32,000 nucleotides of DNA, taken from Candidatus Wallbacteria bacterium (GTDB taxonomy: Bacteria; Muiribacteriota; UBA9980). Under the pieces are notes generated by a model, which worked only from the letters and a program-made list of their open reading frames with translations, was not told the DNA's origin and ran no database searches. The DNA lies in NCBI GenBank assembly GCA_041441465.1, contig JASDSY010000026.1, positions 210,969 to 242,968 of the forward strand, written 5' to 3'. Position 1 is the stretch's first letter, and each line of letters opens with the position of its first letter. The position numbers were made by a program, and so were the translations under genes. This document shows positions 1 through 8,561 of this stretch, in pieces.

Positions 1-35
1 ATTAAATGCAAAATTTGAAATATTAACTTATTGTA

Positions 36-64
36 TTGATTAAATGTCTTTTTTTTGATAAAAT
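36..64 (+). promoter_or_regulatory. sigma70-type promoter: TTGATT, 17 nt spacer, TAAAAT, with TGn extended -10
   Basis: TTGATT at 36-41, 17-nt spacer, TAAAAT at 59-64, preceded by TGa at 56-58. It lies about 35 nt upstream of the ATG at 98. Confidence 0.55.
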
Positions 65-97
65 AATTGTGTTCAATTAATTCTAAGGAGAAAAAAT

Positions 98-1174
98 ATG
101 TCAAAAAATCAAAATTTCAAAATTTTAATAACAGCAGTATTAATCGCTTTGTTTTGCGCCGGCCAGGCGTTTGCATTACCGGAATCCATAAAAATAATAA
201 ATAAAAACGCGGATGCTGTAATCACGCTTAATTTCGGCGAAATTTATAAATATTTGAAAGAAAATAAAATCGAAGGCCCCGTCGAAACACAAGCATCAAA
301 AATAAAAAATTTAATGGCGATAGACATATTAAATGAAATAAAAAATTTCACCATTGTAATGACTGATATATCAAATTATAAGTTAGGGAAAAATCCATCG
401 GGCGCATTCATATTCGAGGGTAATTTCAAGCAGGCGGATATCGAACGGAAAATGGTTTCCGGCGGTACTAAGTTCGAGGAATACGCAGGCTCAAAGCTCT
501 ACAAATTAGGCGAGGATTTAGTTTTAACCGTTCCTTCGGCAGGCTTTTTAATATACGGCAATACGCGCGAAGTAAAAGCGATGCTCGAGGCGCTTCTTTT
601 AATATCCAATAAGAAAGAAGTAACTGATTCGATATCTAAAGACGAATATTATAACAATGAAATAAACCAAAAAGAATTCGCGGACATGAAAATTTACGGA
701 TTCATAAAAATACCGGAACCGATTTCACAGCTGGCGAATAAGCTTGCAAAATTCAACAGCGATCAGGCAATGTTCGAGAATTTAAAAGGCGTATCATTTG
801 CCGGCGGAAAAAATACATTCCTTATAAAATATAATTACACTTCGAAACAAGCGGCAAGCGATTCAATAAAAAAAGCCGCAGCTTTTATGGAGACTGGATT
901 TTCACAGCTCGCAGGCAATTCGAAAAAAATAAACGAAACCGAACCTACAGCTGTAAAGGTAAACGCTGACAGATTAAATTTTGCCAAGGCCGGAATCGAT
1001 CTTTTATTAAAAATGCGTCCTGATATGAAAATCGAGGCTATCGAAGACGCATTGTTCATAAAATTCGATTTATCAAAGGTAACCAAAGAAACCGCGGTTT
1101 TCACTAATTCTATACTGACAGCTTTCATAAATCCGGCACCGGTACCAGCTAAGTCACCTGCATCCGGAAAATAA
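98..1174 (+). CDS. secreted hypothetical protein (358 aa)
   Basis: Long ORF. AAGGAG at 85-90 sits 7 nt before the ATG. N-terminal Sec signal peptide (KILITAVLIALFCAGQAFA|LPES). TAA stop. A terminator follows at 1311-1344. I recognise no catalytic or family motif. Confidence 0.8.
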   Translation: MSKNQNFKILITAVLIALFCAGQAFALPESIKIINKNADAVITLNFGEIYKYLKENKIEGPVETQASKIKNLMAIDILNEIKNFTIVMTDISNYKLGKNPSGAFIFEGNFKQADIERKMVSGGTKFEEYAGSKLYKLGEDLVLTVPSAGFLIYGNTREVKAMLEALLLISNKKEVTDSISKDEYYNNEINQKEFADMKIYGFIKIPEPISQLANKLAKFNSDQAMFENLKGVSFAGGKNTFLIKYNYTSKQAASDSIKKAAAFMETGFSQLAGNSKKINETEPTAVKVNADRLNFAKAGIDLLLKMRPDMKIEAIEDALFIKFDLSKVTKETAVFTNSILTAFINPAPVPAKSPASGK

Positions 1175-1310
1175 TAAAAATTGAATTAGTAAATAATGTA
1201 ATCTAACAATTAAAATTTATTAAAATAAATACACATCAACTCCGCAATAATAAAAATTCTAATCTAAATATACAAATAAGCGCCGTCTTAAAAAAATAAA
1301 ATATAAAAAA

Positions 1311-1344
1311 GGCAGTCGAATATAGACTGTCTTTTTTATTTTTT
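1311..1344 (+). terminator. rho-independent terminator
   Basis: Stem GGCAGTC (1311-1317) pairs with GACTGTC (1325-1331), with one G-U pair. 7-nt loop, then TTTTTTATTTTTT. Confidence 0.7.
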
Positions 1345-1435
1345 ATGTTATATTTTTTTATTTATTGCCGATATAAAAATTGAATAATAAATAAAAAGTT
1401 TTTAAAATAATTATAAAAAAATTCCGGAGGGTAAA

Positions 1436-2146
1436 ATGTACGAGTCAAAACCTTATGTTATCACAGTCGTCGTGCTCCTTTTAGTGGGAGGCTTCCTGGC
1501 GCTTTCATCGATAGGATGCGGCAATTCTTACGGCACGTCATACAGCTATTCAAATCTGGTGGCACATGACGCGACTATAACTTTAAAAATGATCAATACT
1601 TCATCGCTGAGCGGCGGGTTGCATTCACCGGGCAAAGCACCGTTAAAAGCTGACGGTACAATTATCACCACGACAACCACAACAAATAATTCAACAGCTT
1701 CAGGCACATTGATCAAAGTGCGTCCTGATGACGTTTATGTAAGCATATCCGATATGTCGATATATTCGAGCGACGGCAAAGAATATGTACTATTTACAGA
1801 ACCTAAAGAAATAAACCTTTTGAATCTAATAAAAGACGGCGAAGTAGTGGCGATGGCTTCGGACGTTCCAGTCGGAACTTATAACAGGCTTAAATTCAAC
1901 ATCAATTACATGAGAATTGTAAATGAAGGCGAAAAGCAAAGAATTGCGCTTGACCAGACGATATATTTATCGACAAACGACGCGAACCTTACGCAATTTT
2001 CAATGGCATCAGGCATGAAAACATCGGTAAAACTTAATTTTGACATAAACGACAAAGTGTTCAAAGACAGAAACGGCAATTACCAGGTATTCCCTTCGTT
2101 ATTCCTTATATATGAAGGCTCGGAAGCGGTCAGCGCATATAATTGA
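1436..2146 (+). CDS. lipoprotein, DUF4382-like (236 aa)
   Basis: GGAGGG sits 4 nt upstream of the ATG. N-terminal hydrophobic segment ends in a lipobox-like SSIGC. The central segment VRPDDVYVSISDMSIYSSDGKEYVLFTEPKEINLLNLIKDGEVVAMASDVPVGTYNRLKFNI matches my memory of the DUF4382 pattern. The family name was not verified by search. This is the only complete gene in the window that ends in TGA. Confidence 0.75.
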   Translation: MYESKPYVITVVVLLLVGGFLALSSIGCGNSYGTSYSYSNLVAHDATITLKMINTSSLSGGLHSPGKAPLKADGTIITTTTTTNNSTASGTLIKVRPDDVYVSISDMSIYSSDGKEYVLFTEPKEINLLNLIKDGEVVAMASDVPVGTYNRLKFNINYMRIVNEGEKQRIALDQTIYLSTNDANLTQFSMASGMKTSVKLNFDINDKVFKDRNGNYQVFPSLFLIYEGSEAVSAYN

Positions 2147-2200
2147 TCTAATTTATAACATTTAAAAAATAATCCAGACAAAATAAACAATAATAAAAAA

Positions 2201-2234
2201 CCGTTTCAAAAAATAAATTTTGAAGCGGTTTTTT
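2201..2234 (+). terminator. rho-independent terminator
   Basis: 11-bp stem CCGTTTCAAAA (2201-2211) pairs with TTTTGAAGCGG (2218-2228), with one G-U pair. 6-nt loop, then TTTTTT. Confidence 0.75.
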
Positions 2235-2416
2235 ATTTTGCTTTTAACCTTAAATTCATGCATAAATTTGTTGATAAAAAATATGAATTTATTCCATAAG
2301 ATTAATACCGCATTCATAACTTAACAATTTCGGTTGTTTAAATATTTCCACATTTATTGAATCTTTTTAATATCGCCTTAGTAAAATTTACTCGTCTTTA
2401 ATTTTAATTAATTATG

Positions 2417-2445
2417 TTGACAAATAAAGTAAATTAGAATATAAT
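2417..2445 (+). promoter_or_regulatory. perfect-consensus sigma70 promoter (TTGACA, 17 nt spacer, TATAAT)
   Basis: TTGACA at 2417-2422, exactly 17 nt of spacer, TATAAT at 2440-2445. It lies about 58 nt upstream of the small ORF at 2504. Confidence 0.7.
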
Positions 2446-2503
2446 TTATAATGAATATATTTAATACATTTATTTAATATTTTCATAAAGGAGGACGTAC
2501 GCT

Positions 2504-2665
2504 ATGAACATAAAATTATTAACCGCACCGCTTATCGGCGCTGCAGCGGGCTATGCGTTAAGCCTTATCTCGCAATCTAGCGACACAACCTGAAACATGA
2601 CGTGCAACCCGTATATATCGGCCCTAATCGGCGCTATATTCGGATTGCTTGTAGCCTTAGGCTAA
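2504..2665 (+). CDS. small hydrophobic Gly-zipper peptide ORF with an in-frame TGA at 2591-2593 (29 aa to the TGA; 53 codons if read through)
   Basis: AAGGAGG at 2488-2494 sits 9 nt before the ATG. Reading: MNIKLLTAPLIGAAAGYALSLISQSSDTT-TGA-NMTCNPYISALIGAIFGLLVALG-TAA. It is flanked by a consensus promoter and a strong terminator. It is missing from the ORF track because each half is too short. How it is translated is uncertain (see findings). Confidence 0.45.
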
Positions 2666-2678
2666 GGCTTATAAAAAC

Positions 2679-2710
2679 GGGCGCGATATAAACGCGCTCT
2701 TTTCTTTATT
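2679..2710 (+). terminator. rho-independent terminator
   Basis: GC-rich 7-bp stem GGGCGCG (2679-2685) pairs with CGCGCTC (2693-2699). 7-nt loop, then TTTTCTTTATT. Confidence 0.75.
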
Positions 2711-2965
2711 AATTAATTCACGTTTAATTTTAATTTATATTTTTTCCCGGTTCCAGATCCATTTTTTGAGATTATGTTATATATATTGTTAGCATTACCC
2801 GTCTATAACAAAAATTAATGTAATCCGCGGCCTAAATATCAAATCATAGCTTCATATTTATCCCGAAAAAGACCGTCAAATATTTTTACCTTATCACAGT
2901 CAAGTATAATTGCGCACAAATAATAACCGGCCGCTTTATTTATACGCACACTTTATTTTTTTGAA

Positions 2966-2994
2966 TTGACACTTAATCCCCTTTATGCTATAAT
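2966..2994 (+). promoter_or_regulatory. consensus sigma70 promoter (TTGACA, 17 nt spacer, TGcTATAAT) placed for a leaderless transcript
   Basis: TTGACA at 2966-2971, 17-nt spacer, TATAAT at 2989-2994, preceded by TGc. The ATG at 3001 begins 7 nt after the -10 hexamer. Confidence 0.65.
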
Positions 2995-3000
2995 TTGCGA

Positions 3001-4755
3001 ATGTTTTTAAGAAAATTCAAACCGATTCATAAATATTTATCGCAATATAAAAACAAGATCGTATTAGGCTCAATAACGCTTGTTATAACCGATATTTTCG
3101 GGCTTTCCATCCCGTGGTTCGTTAAAGACGCAATCGATTCGATAAATACCGATAAATCAATGACTTCGCTTAAGTATTACGCTTTGCTGATAATCGGCGC
3201 CGCGGTTTTGCAGGGTATTTTCCGTTATTTCTGGCGCACCAGCCTGTTCGGCGTTTCAAGACGGATAGAATATCACTTACGCAACGATTATTTCAGCCAT
3301 CTTCTTAAATTGCCGCAGTCATTTTATCATAAAAACCAGACAGGCGATATAATATCGCGCGGCACCAACGATTTAAACGCCGTACGAGATCTCGTCGGGC
3401 CCGGCGCTCTTATTTTAGTCGATACTATAACCCTTATTTCAATAAGCCTTTCGCTCATGTTTTACATGAATTGGCGGCTCACGCTTTATGCATTGCTGCC
3501 GATGCCCCTGCTTACGATCGTAATCTATTACGTCGGCGACCTGATCGAGCGCACATACGAAAAAATGCAGAAAAAACTCGCTGAACTTACGGGACGTGTG
3601 CAGGAAAATATCACCGGAATAAGAACCGTCCAGGCATTCCGCCAGGAAGAAAATGAGATAAGGCGTTTTTCAAAATTATCGCATGATTATTTAAAGTATA
3701 ATATTTTAATGGCACGCGTGAACGGCATCGAGGAACCGATAATTTTCTTTATTTCCGGAACATCGATGAACGTGCTTTTATATTTCGGCGGTCTCGGAGC
3801 GATTAATGGCACCAACACTCTCGGCGAGCTTGTCGCGCTGAGCGGATATCTCATGCTTCTTGCGTGGCCCCTCTTCGGGCTCGGCTGGCTTGTAAACATG
3901 TATACGCGCGGCATTGCCTCTATGAACAGAATCGATGAAATTTTAAAAGTCGAACCTGAAATTTTCGACAATGATAAAACCGATAATTCGTTGAATAATA
4001 TAGACGGCGATATAGAATTTAAGAACGTAAGTTTTACCTATCCCGGAAAGACAATTCCGGCAATACAAGATATTTCATTCAAGATCCCTGAAGGCTCGAC
4101 ACTCGCGATAACCGGATCGCTGGGTTCGGGAAAAAGCACGATCTGCAACTTGATTCCGCGCTTTCTTGAGGCCACTTCCGGCGAAATCCTGATAGGCGGA
4201 AAAAATATAGCGCAATTTCCGCTCGAAAAACTCCGTAAAAGCGTAGGTTACGTAAGGCAGGAGCCGTTCCTTTTCTCGGACACGATAACCGAAAACCTGA
4301 AATTCGGCAATATTAATGCTGATACCGCCGAAATATCAAGGTACGCCGAAATATCAAAAATCAGCGAGGATATAAATAATTTTGCCAATAAATATGAAAC
4401 CATGCTCGGCGAACGCGGCGTAACGGTCTCAGGCGGACAGAAACAGAGGCTTGCCATTTCGAGGGCGCTTCTGAAAAAACCACAAATCCTTATTTTTGAC
4501 GACACATTGTCGGCAGTTGACACGCGCACAGAAGAGGCTATATTGAACGAACTTAAGATGTTTATGAAAAGCACTACTTCAATAATAATTTCTCACAGAA
4601 TTTCGACCATAATGAACGCCGATAATATAATAGTCCTCGACGGCGGAAAAATAATAGAAAGCGGAACGCATGCAGAATTACTCAAGATTAACGGTATTTA
4701 TGCGCACACTTACGAAAAACAGCGGTTGAAATTCGAACTCGAGACAATGCAATAA
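3001..4755 (+). CDS. ABC exporter, fused permease/ATPase half-transporter with a degenerate Walker B (subunit 1 of a heterodimer)
   Basis: The track ORF starts at a TTG at 2995, but the ATG at 3001 is favoured. Six-TM exporter-type N-terminal half. Walker A GSLGSGKST, signature VSGGQKQR, Walker B ILIFDD-T (Asp codon at 4501-4503 where the catalytic Glu is expected), H-loop SHR. Confidence 0.9.
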   Translation: MFLRKFKPIHKYLSQYKNKIVLGSITLVITDIFGLSIPWFVKDAIDSINTDKSMTSLKYYALLIIGAAVLQGIFRYFWRTSLFGVSRRIEYHLRNDYFSHLLKLPQSFYHKNQTGDIISRGTNDLNAVRDLVGPGALILVDTITLISISLSLMFYMNWRLTLYALLPMPLLTIVIYYVGDLIERTYEKMQKKLAELTGRVQENITGIRTVQAFRQEENEIRRFSKLSHDYLKYNILMARVNGIEEPIIFFISGTSMNVLLYFGGLGAINGTNTLGELVALSGYLMLLAWPLFGLGWLVNMYTRGIASMNRIDEILKVEPEIFDNDKTDNSLNNIDGDIEFKNVSFTYPGKTIPAIQDISFKIPEGSTLAITGSLGSGKSTICNLIPRFLEATSGEILIGGKNIAQFPLEKLRKSVGYVRQEPFLFSDTITENLKFGNINADTAEISRYAEISKISEDINNFANKYETMLGERGVTVSGGQKQRLAISRALLKKPQILIFDDTLSAVDTRTEEAILNELKMFMKSTTSIIISHRISTIMNADNIIVLDGGKIIESGTHAELLKINGIYAHTYEKQRLKFELETMQ

Positions 4756-4846
4756 AAATATATCATAATGTAATATTCAAATAATCATTAAAATATCCGA
4801 CTGGAAATACCGGTTTTATGATCACAAAAACAAATAAAGGAAAAAA

Positions 4847-6622
4847 ATGAGTTTACATACGGAAGAGATAATAACGGGCAAAGCTTACGATTCCAGGCTT
4901 CTAAAAAGGCTCTGGAGTTTCATAACGCCTTATATGAAGTTTTTTTACATATCCATGTTTTTTTTGGCGATGGTAACGATTTTAGATCTGCTTCCGCCTT
5001 ATATCACGAAAGTCGCGATCGACGATTTCATAGCCAAAAACAGGGCAAGTGAAATATATAAAATCCTTATCATTTATCAGGCCGTATTGATAATGCATTT
5101 CACGTTCCAATTTTTGCACACTTACACCATAAACATAATGGCGCAAAAAGCTATGTACGACCTGCGTATTGAAGTATTTTCACACATCCAGAAAATGTCA
5201 TTTTCTTTTTTCGACAAAAATCCGGTCGGGCGTCTTATAACAAGGGCTATAGGCGATATCGAAACATTAAACGACATGTTGAGCGCAGGCATAATAACCG
5301 TAGTCGCCGATTTATTCGCCCTCATCGGAATCTCCGCCATGCTTTTATTCTTAAACTTCAAACTCGGCCTTATGGTTATAATAATCATACCTGTTCTCGC
5401 TGTTATAACGGGAATATACCGTAAATACGCCAGGGACTCATACCGCATAACGCGCGTGAACCAGGCCGCGTTAAACGCATATTTCCAGGAAAATGTCGCC
5501 GGCATGATAGAAGTCCAAAATTTTACGCGTGAATCTGAGAATTTCAGGAAATTTGACGAAGTAAACGCCAGAAACCGCGACACATTTCTCCGCACGATAA
5601 TGCAAAACGCCATATTCTTTCCGTCAGTCGAATTAGTCTGCGCGTTCGCCATCGCTACAATAATTTACTACGGCGGCGGCATGGTGCTTTCAAACGAGAT
5701 AGGGTTTGGAGTCCTCGTAGCTTTTAACCAGTACATCAACAGGTTTTTTAAACCCATAAGGGACCTCGCCGAAAAATATAACGTCTTCCAAATGGCAATG
5801 GCTGCCTGCGAAAAAATATTCACGCTGTTAGATACCGAGCCGCAAATATTGCCGCCGGAAGCGCCGGTTACAATAAAAAATTTCAAGGGCGAAATCAAAT
5901 TCGAGAATGTATATTTCGAATATATACCGGGCGAAGAAGTGCTTCGTAACATATCATTTGAAGTGAAATCCGGAGAGTCCATAGCCATAGTCGGCCAGAC
6001 CGGCTCCGGAAAAACGACTATAATAAGCCTGCTCGCACGTTTTTATGACATAAAGTCAGGCACGATTAAACTTGACGATACGGACATACGCACGCTTTCG
6101 TTCGATGAATTGCGTTCATATATAGGCATAATGCAGCAGGATGTTTTTTTATTTTCAGGAAGCGTCGAAAAAAATATAATGATGAATAACCCAAAAATAT
6201 CGCCGGAACTTGTCAGAAAATGTGCTGAATATGTTAACGCGGCCGGTTTTATAGAAAAACTGCCGTCAAAATACAATCAGGAAGTCGGCGAGCGGGGCGT
6301 TTCGCTATCGGTCGGCCAGCGCCAGCTCCTGGCTTTCGCGCGCGCCCTGGCATTCGACCCGAAAATTCTTATAATGGACGAGGCGACATCGTCAATTGAC
6401 ACACAGACCGAATACCTGATCCGTGACGCGCTCAAAAAGCTTTTAAAAGGGCGCACCTCGATAATAATAGCTCACAGGCTCTCCACAATCAAGAACGTAG
6501 ATAAGATAATAGTTTTAAACAAAGGTGAAATCAAGGAAATCGGAACACACGAGGAACTTCTCAAAAAGCGCGGATATTATTTCAGGCTTTATGAAATGCA
6601 GTATAAAGAACAGGAAGAATAA
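4847..6622 (+). CDS. ABC exporter, fused permease/ATPase half-transporter with canonical Walker B and a variant signature (subunit 2 of a heterodimer)
   Basis: AAGGA lies upstream of the ATG. Walker A GQTGSGKTT, signature LSVGQRQ (Val codon at 6311-6313 replaces the consensus Gly), Walker B ILIMDEATSSID, H-loop AHR. Confidence 0.9.
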   Translation: MSLHTEEIITGKAYDSRLLKRLWSFITPYMKFFYISMFFLAMVTILDLLPPYITKVAIDDFIAKNRASEIYKILIIYQAVLIMHFTFQFLHTYTINIMAQKAMYDLRIEVFSHIQKMSFSFFDKNPVGRLITRAIGDIETLNDMLSAGIITVVADLFALIGISAMLLFLNFKLGLMVIIIIPVLAVITGIYRKYARDSYRITRVNQAALNAYFQENVAGMIEVQNFTRESENFRKFDEVNARNRDTFLRTIMQNAIFFPSVELVCAFAIATIIYYGGGMVLSNEIGFGVLVAFNQYINRFFKPIRDLAEKYNVFQMAMAACEKIFTLLDTEPQILPPEAPVTIKNFKGEIKFENVYFEYIPGEEVLRNISFEVKSGESIAIVGQTGSGKTTIISLLARFYDIKSGTIKLDDTDIRTLSFDELRSYIGIMQQDVFLFSGSVEKNIMMNNPKISPELVRKCAEYVNAAGFIEKLPSKYNQEVGERGVSLSVGQRQLLAFARALAFDPKILIMDEATSSIDTQTEYLIRDALKKLLKGRTSIIIAHRLSTIKNVDKIIVLNKGEIKEIGTHEELLKKRGYYFRLYEMQYKEQEE

Positions 6623-6752
6623 CACATTTTCATTAGACTGTAAACAAACTATTAGTTCCCATTTCTCGTATCAAACCTGAAATTAAATAGTAAAAGCAAA
6701 ACTTTTCAATGAATCAAAGTTCAAAATATTAATTTATCAATAAAAATATTTA

Positions 6753-8561
6753 CTATTTGTCGTGTTTTCGATAAACCTCAAGGTTAATCATTGAAAGCAA
6801 ATATGGTATCCTTAAAACGGTATCGCGGTCATACTGTTTTATGGCATCGGGCAATTTTTCGTAAGCGACGAGATCCGGATGAATTTTATTTTTATCATCG
6901 CGAATTTCACCATGCTTCCAGCCGCGACTTATTTTTTCGGCACACCAGCGCTCGTGCTCGCCTTCTGCCAGAATTTCAATATCATTCGCCGCGAATTTAA
7001 AATCACAACCTGAATTCTTTAAAGGCCTTATACTATATTTAAGTGAAATTAATTTCGCGAGCATATTCCTGGCCTGTTTTCTGTTGGATTCCTTTATTTC
7101 AGTTGAAAGTTCATTCCATGACTCCGGCTGATTCAACTTCTGGCCGCGTGTTTTCTGATTATTTATATAATCCGCGTGAATTGCATGGGCAAATTTCTCA
7201 TATACGCCGTTTACAAGAATTTCCGGCGTCAACACTTCGCTCAGTATCTCGAATATATGTATATTGCGATATGATTCTTTGTCCTCTAAAAACATATTCA
7301 AAATTGACGAAATCTGTTCACAGCATACATATACCGGCACGTTAAATTCCTCGAGCCGTTTTGAAAATTCAAGTATAACAGACGTATTAAAAATTTCCTG
7401 AAGCGTGCATATATAAATTGCCGAATATTCAGGTTTTCCTGAAACATCAAAAATAAACTCAAACCTTTTTAACGATCTTGTGTCAAAATTAAAAGGCATT
7501 ATTTCCAGTTCACAATATTTAGTAATTTTAGGGAAATTAATTTCCAACTCTTCTTTTTTCAACTTATTTTCACTGTCAATTAACGTTATTTTCACTTTCC
7601 GGCCGGTTTTTAGCAATTCCCAGCGGTTAATAAGGTTAATCAAATGGCTTTCGATAAAATTCTCGAGACCGATTACCAATATATTCGGAACACCGGCATT
7701 AGCGCCTGCTCTGTTATTACCGCTATTAAACGGCATATATTTATTAAGCAGTGTCTCGCTAGCCGCGTCAAATACATTATAAAATTCAAATTTCACCGGT
7801 ACGGCCACTCCATTACCGGCCGTGCAAACGCTCTCGCAATTGAAATTATTTTCGAACTCATTTTCACGAAGCTTGTTATAAATATAATTATCATTTATGT
7901 TTATGATGCAATTTAGCGGCCCCGGCCTTTTAATATTTTTAAGCTCATTTTTTAACGCGTTGATAATAAGTGAATTCAAATTATCATCATCGATCATGCA
8001 AAATAAATACTCGGCATTCACTAAACCGGCTTTTTTTAATGTTTCCGAATCTTCGGCATTGCCTGTAATGACATCTGCGCCGAGTTCGCCGCATACCGGT
8101 GCATAGCTGTTATCTTTGTTTTTTTCAATAATCACTATTTTAAAATTATAATCAAGCAGCTCATTTAGAATGTAAAAGCTTTTGCGGTTAAGTCCGCAGA
8201 TTATGACATGATTTTTATAAGCTCCGATGCGAAGCGCCTGTATCTGGCCCGAAAAAAATTGCAAGAGCGCCTTGATTGCTGCATAAGCCGGCAGCACCGG
8301 CGCAGCCAGCCTCGCAAAATCAAGCGGCAGATTTTGCCGGACATGCATTACCCCGGAATTAAGCGTAAAAAGCTGCAAAGTGGAAAATATGAGATCCCAT
8401 AATGTAAATTCTTCATTATTTGTCTTAAAATATTGAGAAAACCCAAAAATACCGCATAAAAAAGTTATGCACGACATTATAATTATGAATTGCCATTCAT
8501 AACTATACAATGCCAATTTTAGTTTTTTTATGCGTTTCTCTATTCCTGATCTTTTCCGCAT
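6753..8561 (-). CDS. membrane protein: 2-TM channel-like N-terminus, TrkA-N/RCK-like Rossmann domain(s), C-terminal RyR domain
   Basis: AGGTGA sits about 8 nt upstream of the ATG.
- TM/pore-like region, aa 22-103: WQFIIIMSCITFLCGIFGF ... LWDLIFSTLQLFTLNSGV ... LPLDFARLAAPVLPAYAAIKALL.
- Rossmann segment: HVIICGLNRKSFYILNELLDYNFKIVIIEKN ... GADVITGNAEDSETLKKAG.
- Second Rossmann-like segment: NILVIGLENFIE...KVKITLID.
- C-terminal RyR-repeat signature, about nt 6771-7199: HAIHADYINN...SWNELSTEIKESNRKQA and EGEHERWCAEKISRGWKHG...KIHPDLVAYEKLPDAIKQYDRDTV. Confidence 0.85.
   Translation of the reverse strand: MRKRSGIEKRIKKLKLALYSYEWQFIIIMSCITFLCGIFGFSQYFKTNNEEFTLWDLIFSTLQLFTLNSGVMHVRQNLPLDFARLAAPVLPAYAAIKALLQFFSGQIQALRIGAYKNHVIICGLNRKSFYILNELLDYNFKIVIIEKNKDNSYAPVCGELGADVITGNAEDSETLKKAGLVNAEYLFCMIDDDNLNSLIINALKNELKNIKRPGPLNCIININDNYIYNKLRENEFENNFNCESVCTAGNGVAVPVKFEFYNVFDAASETLLNKYMPFNSGNNRAGANAGVPNILVIGLENFIESHLINLINRWELLKTGRKVKITLIDSENKLKKEELEINFPKITKYCELEIMPFNFDTRSLKRFEFIFDVSGKPEYSAIYICTLQEIFNTSVILEFSKRLEEFNVPVYVCCEQISSILNMFLEDKESYRNIHIFEILSEVLTPEILVNGVYEKFAHAIHADYINNQKTRGQKLNQPESWNELSTEIKESNRKQARNMLAKLISLKYSIRPLKNSGCDFKFAANDIEILAEGEHERWCAEKISRGWKHGEIRDDKNKIHPDLVAYEKLPDAIKQYDRDTVLRIPYLLSMINLEVYRKHDK

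Noticed and set aside
2995-3000. TTG start codon given by the ORF track for the first ABC gene.
   Set aside because: It lies directly after the -10 hexamer of a consensus promoter (2989-2994). The in-frame ATG at 3001 sits at the expected transcription start.
3687-6276. Antisense ORFs (77-176 aa) within the two ABC transporter genes.
   Set aside because: They overlap genes with unambiguous Walker, signature and TM motifs on the opposite strand and show no start signals or recognisable features.
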